Source of the DNA: an uncultured bacterium
GTDB lineage: Bacteria; Margulisbacteria; WOR-1; CAVSGV01
Assembly (NCBI GenBank): GCA_963699255.1
Contig: OY969425.1
Span: forward strand, 360,001-392,000
Direction of reading: 5' to 3'
Length of the DNA: 32,000 bases
The notes beneath the pieces are model-generated. The model saw nothing but the letters and a program-made list of their open reading frames with translations. It had not been told where the DNA came from and searched no databases. A program made the translations under genes and the position numbers. Positions 18,405 to 26,447 of this stretch are shown here, piece after piece (position 1 is the first letter of the stretch; each line of letters opens with the position of its first letter).

Positions 18405-19974
18405 AGACCTGGTGTCTTCTCCAGTGAATGTCGTCTTGCAGGGGATAATCCGACCTGAAATGCGCTCCTCTTGATTCCTTTCTGTTAAGGGCGGCCTGTG
18501 CGATCAGTATCGAGGTTGTGGCCATGTTCTTCAGTTCCAGCTCATCCTTATTGTCGGGAATATAGTTTGTTTTATGGTAGATCTTTTTTAGTTCGGATAA
18601 GGCAAATTTCAGGTCTTTTTCCGTGCGGACGATCCCGACCTTTTCCCACATTATCGTTTTGAGCTCCTGTTTTTTGTGTTTGATCTCTTCAGGCGTTAAC
18701 TTGGGCGGGACATGTTCCGTTAATTCAGGATTGAAACTGTTAATGGCTTTGTCGATTTCAGGGGACTTGTTGTAGCTCTCGGCGTTTATAGCGGCTCTGT
18801 ACCCGAAAACAAGACCGTCCAGCAGGGAATTGCTGGCCAGACGATTTGCCCCGTGTACACCCGCTGAAGAAACTTCCCCTGCCGCGTACAGGCCGGGGAT
18901 GCTGGCCTTTCCGTCCGTGTCGATCTTTACGCCGCCCATGAAATAATGAGCGGCGGGGGTAACAGGGACCTTGTCTTTTGTGATATCAATATTATATTTT
19001 AGGCATTCCTGATATATTTTGGGGAACCGTTTGCTGATCCTTTCCGCGCCGATCGGAGCCAGGTTCAGATAAACATGATCCGAGTTCGTCCTGTTCATTT
19101 CCTCAAGTATCGATCTTGACACGATATCCCGCGGAGCCAGGTCCTTGAGAAGGTGATATTTTGGCATGAACCTTTCCCCGTTGACGTTCTCAAGTACCGC
19201 GCCTTCGCCCCTTACGGCCTCGGAAATAAGGAATCTTGTCTCAACGATATTTCTGATAAAAAGGGTGGTGGGGTGGAATTGTTCGAATTCCATGTCCGAG
19301 ACCTCCGCGCCAGCCCTGTAAGCCATTGCTATTCCGTCGCCGGTCGCGAAGGACGGGTTCGTATTGTGCAGATATACTTGTCCGAGACCTCCTGTCGCCA
19401 GCATCGTTGAGCGCGCCAGAAATATCAGCTTCCTGTTGTTCTGGATATCTATAGCTTCAGCCCCAATACATCTGCCGTTCTTGATCAGCAGGTCTTTTCC
19501 GTATATGAAATTGCGGACATCCACGAGTTTTTCCTTCAGGAGGGTCGCCGCGAGGCCTCTCTCTATCTCGGATCCTGTGGCGTCGCCTGCGTGAAGTATC
19601 CTCCTGTGGCTGTGGGCCCCCTCGAGCGCCAGTTCATAAACGTCGCCGATCTTGTCGAATTTCACCCCCATATTGATCAGTTCATGAACTCTTTTGACAC
19701 CGTCGTTGACAAGCACTTTGACCGCGTTTTCATCGCTGAGTCCCGCTCCTACATCAAGCGTGTCCTGCATATGGAAAAGAGGGGAGTCCTTTTGTTCATC
19801 GACAGCTGCTGCTATGCCTCCCTGTGCGTACTCGGTCGCGGTCTCTCCTGTTTTCCCTTTTGTGAGGAGGATCACTGTCCCGTGGTGGCTTGCTTCGATC
19901 GCGGCTGAAAGGCCGGCTATTCCTCCGCCGATTATCAGGAAATCACATTTAAAAACTCGATCATCCGTGTTCAT
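18373..19974 (-). CDS. nadB: L-aspartate oxidase
   Basis: CDFLIIGGGIAGLSAAIEA, TEYAQGGIAAA, HSHRRILHAGDATG, FEQFHPTTL, GVHGANRLASNSLLDGLVFG, ESRGAHFRSDYP. Confidence 0.94.
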   Translation of the reverse strand: MNTDDRVFKCDFLIIGGGIAGLSAAIEASHHGTVILLTKGKTGETATEYAQGGIAAAVDEQKDSPLFHMQDTLDVGAGLSDENAVKVLVNDGVKRVHELINMGVKFDKIGDVYELALEGAHSHRRILHAGDATGSEIERGLAATLLKEKLVDVRNFIYGKDLLIKNGRCIGAEAIDIQNNRKLIFLARSTMLATGGLGQVYLHNTNPSFATGDGIAMAYRAGAEVSDMEFEQFHPTTLFIRNIVETRFLISEAVRGEGAVLENVNGERFMPKYHLLKDLAPRDIVSRSILEEMNRTNSDHVYLNLAPIGAERISKRFPKIYQECLKYNIDITKDKVPVTPAAHYFMGGVKIDTDGKASIPGLYAAGEVSSAGVHGANRLASNSLLDGLVFGYRAAINAESYNKSPEIDKAINSFNPELTEHVPPKLTPEEIKHKKQELKTIMWEKVGIVRTEKDLKFALSELKKIYHKTNYIPDNKDELELKNMATTSILIAQAALNRKESRGAHFRSDYPLQDDIHWRRHQVFKKRKLFFLP

Positions 19975-20363
19975 AAAAGCTTTCTAATGGTGTCGGGGAT
20001 CGAAGTGACTTTTCCCTCTTTTGTGACGGAAACGAGCTTTGAATTGCCGGTGGCGAGCAGTTCTTTGGTCTTTTCATCAGTAATCTCATATTCAAATATC
20101 ACGCTGGCTTTATTGACCTCTTTAATGATCGTTTTAACAATTATTGGTTCCTCATATTTTGCCGGCTTAATGTATTTGACGTAAGTATCCGCTACAACAA
20201 GGTAAAGCCCCTGTTTTTCCATCTCTGAGTAAGGGAAGCCTGCGGATTTGAGGTGCTCTGCGCGTCCTAGCTCGAACCATTCAAGGTACCTGGAATAATA
20301 GACCCTTCCCATCTGGTCGGTTTCGGAGTACCGGACGATCAACTTGGTTTCGTGGGTTTTCAT
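19971..20363 (-). CDS. Acyl-CoA thioesterase, YbgC/FadM family
   Basis: VRYSETDQMGRVYYSRYLEWFELGRAEHLKSAG hotdog-fold motif; ATGA overlap with nadB. Confidence 0.88.
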   Translation of the reverse strand: MKTHETKLIVRYSETDQMGRVYYSRYLEWFELGRAEHLKSAGFPYSEMEKQGLYLVVADTYVKYIKPAKYEEPIIVKTIIKEVNKASVIFEYEITDEKTKELLATGNSKLVSVTKEGKVTSIPDTIRKLL

Positions 20364-20369
20364 GAGCGT

Positions 20370-20398
20370 ATTATAGCAGAGACAAGGAACTCTGGTAA
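20370..20398 (-). promoter_or_regulatory. Promoter for the thioesterase-nadB unit, predicted leaderless
   Basis: Minus strand TTACCA-N17-TATAAT-ACGCTC-ATG; the perfect -10 ends 6 nt before the start codon; no SD. Confidence 0.65.
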
Positions 20399-20443
20399 GT
20401 GAGCGTGGGATGATTTCAACTTCAGAGGTTGCGGGTACGCCTT

Positions 20444-22594
20444 TTAGTCAGGAATTTGGATCGGCAGGGTAAAAGTAAAAGTGCTGCCTTTGCCAAATTC
20501 GCTATTAACCCCCACCTCGCCGCCGTGGGCTTCCACAAATAACTTGACATTCCACAGCCCGATACCTTTGTTTTCTCCGATTCCCGGTGCTTGTTGTGTC
20601 TGGGTCTCATCTTCAGCGCCGCGATGATTGAATCTGTAGATGTTTTGCAGATTATCGTGGGGGATGCCTTTTCCGTTATCAGCTACGGATACTTTGTAAT
20701 AATCTTTGCCGTCCTCGTTTATTATTTCGCCGGATATCCTTATATATCCCTTTTCTTTTCTGCCTTCCCTTTTATTGTATTTGATGGCATTGCCGAACAA
20801 ATTTTCCAGAACGCGTCTCATCGATTCCCGGTCGGCGTGGATCCTGATGTCCTTAAGGTCCTTATCCATATCCGGATCCACGATTATTTCAATATTTGCT
20901 TTTTCAGCCGGCCCGCTTAACAGTTCTTTTGTGTCAATGATGGCGTTTTTCAATGAAAAAGGCTGGCGGTTGATTTTTATTTGAAGGGTTTTGGAATAAT
21001 CAACGGCGTCTTTTAAAAGAGCGAGTTGCGCAATTGCGCGATGAAAGCTTTTTTCAATAATATTCGCATAATAAATCATATTGGCATAATATTTGCTATT
21101 TTTCAAATGAGGCGTTTTATTAAGCATTTCATCAAGGGCCTCTAGCATGAGCGGTACGAAGCCTGCCGCATTAAGGGGACTTCGAATGTCGTGGCCTATT
21201 CCTGCAATAAATCTTGCAAGGTTGTGTTCCTGTTCAGTGTAGACCTTGGGCTCTTCCGGCTTGGCATCCGGGTCTCCGTGCAATAAAGCCCATAAGTGTC
21301 CCGGCGCAAGGGTGATCGACATCGCTGTGCTGAGATCAATGTTCTTGTGTGATTCTTTTTCAGGGGAGACATCGATCAATTTGGATATTTCATTATCGTA
21401 AAGGCCCTGGTCAAAAAAGATGCCCATAAGGTCAGTAAGGTCAAATTTTTGTTCATTCTCAACATCCGTGTTGGCGATGATATATGCTCTTTGATCCTGG
21501 CTGCATCCTTTTTCAAAAAATAATATCTTATTGTTGGTATGGGGGAGCGGATGAATGATGTGTCCTTCTTCCGCGAAACACAGGTAAAGTTTTTTGAGTT
21601 CCATTAATTTTGTGATGAAATCGGTATTGTTAATATCACTACCGGAGGGCAGCAGGAAATGTTTTGATAGCATTGCCGCCAGAGCGGTGCGCAATTTCCA
21701 GGCCTCATTATTGTCTTTATATTCTTTGAAAGTGGGGTCGTTGGTCACTTTGTAGGTTTTATGGGTTTCCGCAAAACTTACGGAATCCATTTCCCTCATG
21801 TTTAAGGGCGAAACAGTGTAATGGGCCGTATCATCACGTAAATTCCAATATTTGGTATTGTTGAAATATGCGTCAAATCCGGCTTCATTTAAATCATTGA
21901 TGTCTTTGTCCCGGAACTTAACATTCATGATATCCCCGTTCCTGTTCCGAGTATTCGCCAAAAAGATAGTAGAAGGATATGGTTTTCTGATGTGACTTAT
22001 GGCTTTCTGCCAGAAGGAAAGCGGAGGCGAATTTGGATCATCAACGAGGATGGGGTTGTCGAAGGAAAACCCCTTTGCCCCGAGATGTGTATAATGCATC
22101 ATGATTTTTATCATAAAATTCCATACTTTTTCATTATTATAGTTCCAGAGGATAACATCTGTTCTTACTTTTCTTTCTTTTATTGGCCGTACCGGATGGA
22201 TCAAGTTCCTCTCCTTATCCCGCAAAAACCAATCATAGTATTTATTTTCTTTAGTGAAGGGATGGTGCGTGGAGGCATATCTCCAAGGCAGCTCCATTAT
22301 GGGCGTTAAACCTTTGATAGAGGCTTGATTTGTTACCTCTTTAAGCTGTAATTCATCAGAAAGAACTGTGACGTTGTTTTCCGGGGTTTCAAGGACAGAG
22401 GAAGATATGGCGAAATGATCGATGATCGCCTCGGGATTGAAAGGCTTTTGTTTAAGACACGGCGATAGCAGGACAGTATTAAAACCCTTTGTTTTCACAT
22501 CTTCAAAGATCATGGAGCATCGTCCTAAACCCAGCTTTGGCCCTAAATGTAAATTATAGATGCGCAGCGAATGTATGCTGTCCGTACGCTCCAT
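20444..22594 (-). CDS. Fusion of a GH13/GlgE-like (probably catalytically inactive) N-terminal domain with a soluble histidine kinase core
   Basis: HK: FIAGIGHDIRSPLNAAGF H-box (His468), MRRVLENLFGNAIKYN N-box, VADNGKGIP G1, GENKGIGLWNVKLFVEAHGGEVGV G2. N-terminal: IMELPWRYASTHHPF, WNFMIKIMMHYTHLGAKGFSFDNP, PLSFWQKAISHIRKPYPSTIFLAN, FDAYFNNTKYW, FAETHKTYKV, LRTALAAMLSKHFLLPSG match GlgE/GH13 layout. No transmembrane segment or signal peptide visible. Confidence 0.8.
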   Translation of the reverse strand: MERTDSIHSLRIYNLHLGPKLGLGRCSMIFEDVKTKGFNTVLLSPCLKQKPFNPEAIIDHFAISSSVLETPENNVTVLSDELQLKEVTNQASIKGLTPIMELPWRYASTHHPFTKENKYYDWFLRDKERNLIHPVRPIKERKVRTDVILWNYNNEKVWNFMIKIMMHYTHLGAKGFSFDNPILVDDPNSPPLSFWQKAISHIRKPYPSTIFLANTRNRNGDIMNVKFRDKDINDLNEAGFDAYFNNTKYWNLRDDTAHYTVSPLNMREMDSVSFAETHKTYKVTNDPTFKEYKDNNEAWKLRTALAAMLSKHFLLPSGSDINNTDFITKLMELKKLYLCFAEEGHIIHPLPHTNNKILFFEKGCSQDQRAYIIANTDVENEQKFDLTDLMGIFFDQGLYDNEISKLIDVSPEKESHKNIDLSTAMSITLAPGHLWALLHGDPDAKPEEPKVYTEQEHNLARFIAGIGHDIRSPLNAAGFVPLMLEALDEMLNKTPHLKNSKYYANMIYYANIIEKSFHRAIAQLALLKDAVDYSKTLQIKINRQPFSLKNAIIDTKELLSGPAEKANIEIIVDPDMDKDLKDIRIHADRESMRRVLENLFGNAIKYNKREGRKEKGYIRISGEIINEDGKDYYKVSVADNGKGIPHDNLQNIYRFNHRGAEDETQTQQAPGIGENKGIGLWNVKLFVEAHGGEVGVNSEFGKGSTFTFTLPIQIPD

Positions 22595-22660
22595 GATATT
22601 TTTCCCCTTAAAACGATCGCGAATAGCAGATGAACTGCTTTTTCATTTGGGATTCGTTTT

Positions 22661-22690
22661 GTTATACGCTTCTTTATCGGCCAATATCAA
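22661..22690 (-). promoter_or_regulatory. Candidate promoter for the histidine kinase fusion
   Basis: Minus strand TTGATA-N18-TATAAC, upstream of AAGGGG SD and ATG at 22594. Confidence 0.45.
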
Positions 22691-22759
22691 GGAAAATTTC
22701 AAATTTTTTGAAAATTCTTTTTGATCTTAGCGATACTTCAAGGTTTAACGCAAAGATGA

Positions 22760-22765
22760 TATAAT
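22760..22765 (+). promoter_or_regulatory. -10 element TATAAT for the DrrA-like gene, predicted leaderless
   Basis: TATAAT-ACATAA-ATG, 6-nt spacing, no SD; -35 weak (TTCAAG at 22737). Confidence 0.55.
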
Positions 22766-22771
22766 ACATAA

Positions 22772-23542
22772 ATGGAAGCAATAAAGGTTGATCACTTGAC
22801 CCGCAGATATAACGGCCTGGTTGCCGTTGATTCCATCTCTTTTTCGGTGGAGCAGGGCGAGGTCTTCGGTTTTCTGGGGCCCAACGGCGCAGGGAAAACC
22901 ACGACCATAAACATGCTCTGCACTCTGCTGAAACCGACCTCTGGCATCGCGCAGGTCGGATGCTGTGATGTCTCGAAAGAGCCGAACAAAGTGAGGAGAG
23001 AGATAGGCATCATCTTTCAGGACCCCTCCCTTGACGATCGATTGACCGCCGATGACAATCTGAGGTTCCACGGTTATCTTTATCACATGAAAAGAGAGAT
23101 GATAGAGGAACGCATCCCGGAGGTCCTCGAATTGGTCGAGCTCGGCGACAGGCGCGGGGAGATCGTGAAGAAATTCTCGGGCGGAATGAAGAGGCGGCTA
23201 GAGATCGCGCGCGGTCTCATGCACAGGCCGAAGATACTGTTCCTGGATGAGCCCACTATCGGGCTTGACCCGCAGACAAGGGCGCACATATGGGAATACA
23301 TCCTGAAGATGCGCAGGGAAACCGGGCTGACGATATTCATGACAACTCATTACATGCAGGAAGCGGAGGTTTGCGACCGCATCGCCATAATAGATCATGG
23401 CAACATAGTCGCACTGGATTCACCGGCAAAGCTTAAGGAAACATACAATGAAAAAACGCTTGAGGACGTATTCCTGAGGCTGACCGGAAGACAGATCAGG
23501 CCTCAGGAAAGCGGGTTCAGCGGACGGCGGTGGAGGAGATGA
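22772..23542 (+). CDS. ABC transporter ATP-binding protein (DrrA/NodI-like)
   Basis: FGFLGPNGAGKTTTINML Walker A, KFSGGMKRRLEIARGLMHRPKILFLDEPTIGLDP signature/Walker B, MTTHYMQEAE H-loop. Confidence 0.95.
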   Translation: MEAIKVDHLTRRYNGLVAVDSISFSVEQGEVFGFLGPNGAGKTTTINMLCTLLKPTSGIAQVGCCDVSKEPNKVRREIGIIFQDPSLDDRLTADDNLRFHGYLYHMKREMIEERIPEVLELVELGDRRGEIVKKFSGGMKRRLEIARGLMHRPKILFLDEPTIGLDPQTRAHIWEYILKMRRETGLTIFMTTHYMQEAEVCDRIAIIDHGNIVALDSPAKLKETYNEKTLEDVFLRLTGRQIRPQESGFSGRRWRR

Positions 23543-24297
23543 TAGTGCTGGAAGATATAGGCGCGATTTTCATACTGTGGCTGCGCGACCTCAAAAGATA
23601 CTGGTATGATAAGCCGCGAATTGTCGCGTCACTGGGACAGCCGCTGCTGTTCTTGTTCGTGCTTGGTTCTGCGCTTTCACCTTCCTTCCAGGGGCCGAAA
23701 GGCGTCACCTTCACGGAATTCATTTTTCCCGGTATATTATGCATGACCATACTTTTCACGTCTGTCTTTTCCGGTATGTCGATCGTATGGGATCGCGAGT
23801 TCGGCTTCCTTAAAGAGGTGATGGTGGCCCCGGTTTCGCGGTGGGCGATATCGATAGGGAAGGCGTTCGGGGGAGCGAGCGTCGCATTCATCCAGGGGGT
23901 GATCATGCTCACGCTTTCTCTTTTTGTGGGCGTCCGGCTTTCAATAACGGCGCTCATATTAAGTCTTGTTATTATGTATATGATAGCATTCGCGATGTCA
24001 TCTTTCGGGATAATGATAGCCGCAAGGATAAAGGAAATGGAAGGATTCCAGGTGATCGTCAACTTTCTGATCATGCCGATATTTTTTCTTTCGGGAGCGC
24101 TGTTCCCGCTTGACCGTTTGCCGGCGTGGCTGACGTTTTTAACGCGAATCGACCCGTTGACCTATGGCGTAGATCTCCTGAGAGGGACAATGATAAATGT
24201 TCATGCTTTTCCTTTGACAGTTGATGTCCTTACAATAGGCTTGTTCGCGGTCGTGATGCTCGGTATAGCTGTAATAGAATTCAACAGGTTGGATTGA
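23530..24297 (+). CDS. ABC-2 type transporter permease (DrrB-like)
   Basis: Six hydrophobic segments; REFGFLKEVMVAPVSRWAISIGKAFGG, FQVIVNFLIMPIFFLSGALFPLDRLPAWL, IDPLTYGVDLLRG. Confidence 0.93.
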   Translation: MEEMIVLEDIGAIFILWLRDLKRYWYDKPRIVASLGQPLLFLFVLGSALSPSFQGPKGVTFTEFIFPGILCMTILFTSVFSGMSIVWDREFGFLKEVMVAPVSRWAISIGKAFGGASVAFIQGVIMLTLSLFVGVRLSITALILSLVIMYMIAFAMSSFGIMIAARIKEMEGFQVIVNFLIMPIFFLSGALFPLDRLPAWLTFLTRIDPLTYGVDLLRGTMINVHAFPLTVDVLTIGLFAVVMLGIAVIEFNRLD

Positions 24298-24307
24298 ACT
24301 AAGTAAC

Positions 24308-24390
24308 TGCCGCGGAGAGGACTCGAACCTCCATGCTGTTTAGGCATACGCTCCTGAAGCGTACGTGTCTACCAATTCCACCACCGCGGC
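24308..24390 (-). tRNA. tRNA-Leu (anticodon CAG)
   Basis: Minus strand GCCGCGG...CCGCGGC acceptor stem with A discriminator; anticodon stem TACGC/GCGTA with loop TTCAGGA; GGTTCGAGTCC T-arm; long variable arm; CCA not encoded. Confidence 0.95.
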
Positions 24391-24427
24391 GCTTCGACGA
24401 ACTCAATTGATCCCGATGATTTTTTAA

Positions 24428-24511
24428 TGCCGCTGGTCGGAGTCGAACCGACATGAGGTAAACCTCACGTGATTTTGAGTCACGCGCGTCTGCCAGTTCC
24501 GCCACAGCGGC
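24428..24511 (-). tRNA. tRNA-Leu (anticodon CAA)
   Basis: Minus strand GCCGCTG...CAGCGGC acceptor; anticodon stem CGTGA/TCACG with loop CTCAAAA; GGTTCGACTCC T-arm; CCA not encoded. Confidence 0.95.
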
Positions 24512-24514
24512 ACT

Positions 24515-24581
24515 TGTCATGCCGAACTTGTTTCGGCATCTGAATTTGCATTTGAGATCCTGAAACAGGTTCAGGATGACA
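24515..24581. repeat. MITE/REP-like paired-hairpin inverted repeat
   Basis: TGTCATGCCGAACTTGTTTCGGCATCTG (24515-24542) inverted against GAGATCCTGAAACAGGTTCAGGATGACA (24554-24581); 22/28 identity between arms, and each arm is itself a hairpin. Confidence 0.75.
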
Positions 24582-24598
24582 GCATAATATTATTATGC
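24582..24598. repeat. Perfect palindrome GCATAATA-T-TATTATGC
   Basis: 8-bp arms with 1-nt centre, between the paired hairpin and the accA stop. Confidence 0.6.
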
Positions 24599-24604
24599 CA
24601 CAGC

Positions 24605-25582
24605 TCATAGGGCACCAAGCTCCTCGAATATCCCCAATGACTTGAATTTTTTGTATCGGGCTTCAACAAGTTCAGGTCCCGACAGTTTTTGTAATTCCGC
24701 GAGATTCCTTAAGAGAGAGGCTTTAATGTTCTTTGCGGTCTGTTCCGCGTTGGTATGCGCGCCGCCGATAGGTTCTTTAATGATCTCATCAATGACCTTT
24801 AATTCCAGGAGATCGGGCGCCGTGATCTTTAACGATTCCGCCGCGTCCTTTGCTTTGGCCGCGTTCCTGTACAGGATCGACGCGCAGCCTTCCGGAGATA
24901 TTACCGAATAGATCGAATATTCGAGCATAAGCACTTTATTGCCGACTCCGATGCCCAGCGCCCCGCCGCTTCCTCCCTCACCTGTGATGATGACTATGAT
25001 AGGGACCTCGAACTGGGACATCTCCCGTAGATTCCTTGCAATGGCTTCGGCAACGGACCTTTCTTCTCCTGCGATACCAGGATAAGCTCCCGGAGTGTCA
25101 ATAAAAGTGACTATTGGTTTCTTAAAGTTGTCCGCCATCTGCATAAGCCGCAGCGCTTTCCTGTACCCTTCGGGATTAGCCATCCCCCAGCGCCTGTAGA
25201 TGTTCTCCTTTGTGGAGCTTCCTTTCTGGTTGCCGACGATCACAACGGATTGCCCTTCAAGTTTTGCGATGCCCCCGATCAGCGCGGGGTCGTCGGCGAA
25301 GTACCGGTCGCCGTGCAGTTCGTAGAAATCCGTGAAAATGTGCTTGATAAGGTCAAGGGTTGACGGCCTTAACACATGCCGCGCGATCGATACTATCTGT
25401 GTTGGAGTAAGATTCGTAAACAGCTCTTTTTTTTGTTGTTCGATCCTTTTCTCAAGGGCCTGTATCTCGGACGAAAGGTCTATCTTGTTGTGTTTTGAGA
25501 TCCTAGTTAGGTCCTCTATCTTTTTATACACTTCGATCAGAGGTTTTTCAAATTCAAGCAATCCCTTTGGTATGCCGGCCAT
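24605..25582 (-). CDS. accA: Acetyl-CoA carboxylase carboxyltransferase subunit alpha
   Basis: YELHGDRYFADDPALIGGIAKLEG, FIDTPGAYPGIAGEERSVAEAIARNL, GEGGSGGALGIGVGN, YSVISPEGCASILYR. Confidence 0.96.
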   Translation of the reverse strand: MAGIPKGLLEFEKPLIEVYKKIEDLTRISKHNKIDLSSEIQALEKRIEQQKKELFTNLTPTQIVSIARHVLRPSTLDLIKHIFTDFYELHGDRYFADDPALIGGIAKLEGQSVVIVGNQKGSSTKENIYRRWGMANPEGYRKALRLMQMADNFKKPIVTFIDTPGAYPGIAGEERSVAEAIARNLREMSQFEVPIIVIITGEGGSGGALGIGVGNKVLMLEYSIYSVISPEGCASILYRNAAKAKDAAESLKITAPDLLELKVIDEIIKEPIGGAHTNAEQTAKNIKASLLRNLAELQKLSGPELVEARYKKFKSLGIFEELGAL

Positions 25583-25583
25583 T

Positions 25584-26447
25584 TTATTTCTCCATAAAGA
25601 AATTGATCATTTTCATTAGAGTGTCTTTCATGTTCTTTCTTTCAACGACCATATCAATGAATCCGTGTTCGACCAGAAATTCAGCCCTCTGGAAGTCATC
25701 GGGCAGTTTTTGTTTTATGGTCTGCTCAATTACCCTGGGACCTGCGAACCCTACCAGGGCGCCCGGCTCTGACATGATTATATCGCCGAGCATAGCATAG
25801 CTTGCGGAGACGCCGGCCATTGTGGGGTCGGTGCAGACAGATATGTAAGGCAGTCGCGCTTTTTTCAGCTTGCCAAGGGCAGCAGATGTCTTTGCCATCT
25901 GCATAAGGCTCATGATGGCTTCCTGCATCCTTGCTCCTCCCGATGCGTTGAATATTATCACCGGCATTTTGTTCTCTATGGAATGTTCAATAAGGCGGGT
26001 AACTTTTTCACCAACGACAGAGCCTAAACTCCCGCCTATGAAGCTGAAATCCATTATGCCCAAACCCGTCCTTAACCCGCCAATCTTCGCTTCACCCGTT
26101 GTGATCGCCTCGTTCAAGCCGGACTTTTTCTTTGCATCTTCGAGCCGCTTTGAGTAGGGCATTGTATCGGTGAATTTGAGGAAGTCCTTTGAAAAGACAA
26201 GGTTGTCATATTCGATGAATGAACCGTCGTCCGCCGTTATCTTCATTCTTTCGGCGCACGTTAGCCTGAAGTGGTGTCCGCATTTAGGGCAAACCTTCAA
26301 ATTTGCTTCCAGATCCTTGCTGTAGATCGTGGCCTTGCATTTGGGGCACTTTACCCATAAATGGCCAGGGATATCAAGCTTATCGGATTTTGCCGCAAGT
26401 TCTTTCTCTTCTTTTTTCTTTGAGAACCATTCATTTATTGATTTCAT
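25584..26447 (-). CDS. accD: Acetyl-CoA carboxylase carboxyltransferase subunit beta
   Basis: CPKC-X-CPKCGHHFR zinc finger, SFIGGSLGSVVGEK, SASGG-like NASGGARMQEA, TDPTMAGVSASYAMLGDI, GFAGPRVIEQT. Confidence 0.95.
   Translation of the reverse strand: MKSINEWFSKKKEEKELAAKSDKLDIPGHLWVKCPKCKATIYSKDLEANLKVCPKCGHHFRLTCAERMKITADDGSFIEYDNLVFSKDFLKFTDTMPYSKRLEDAKKKSGLNEAITTGEAKIGGLRTGLGIMDFSFIGGSLGSVVGEKVTRLIEHSIENKMPVIIFNASGGARMQEAIMSLMQMAKTSAALGKLKKARLPYISVCTDPTMAGVSASYAMLGDIIMSEPGALVGFAGPRVIEQTIKQKLPDDFQRAEFLVEHGFIDMVVERKNMKDTLMKMINFFMEK

Noticed and set aside
18153-20184. Plus-strand ORFs opposite nadB and the thioesterase (e.g. 19153..19410, 19694..19987)
   Set aside because: They are shadow ORFs of well-supported minus-strand genes.
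22701-22731. AT-rich near-inverted sequence AAAATTTCAAATTTTTTGAAAATT as a terminator between divergent genes
   Set aside because: Both flanking genes are transcribed away from it, so a terminator makes no sense, and low-complexity A/T runs easily give weak pairing.
22784-24297. DrrAB-like exporter as an antibiotic resistance or biosynthetic gene cluster
   Set aside because: Only a generic ATPase and permease are present, with no biosynthetic genes nearby; too common to call a specialised system.
24299-24520. 73-aa minus-strand ORF MTSAAVAELADARDSKSREVYLMSVRLRPAA...
   Set aside because: It is a translation across the two tRNA-Leu genes; such AELADARDSKSRE-type peptides are classic artefacts.
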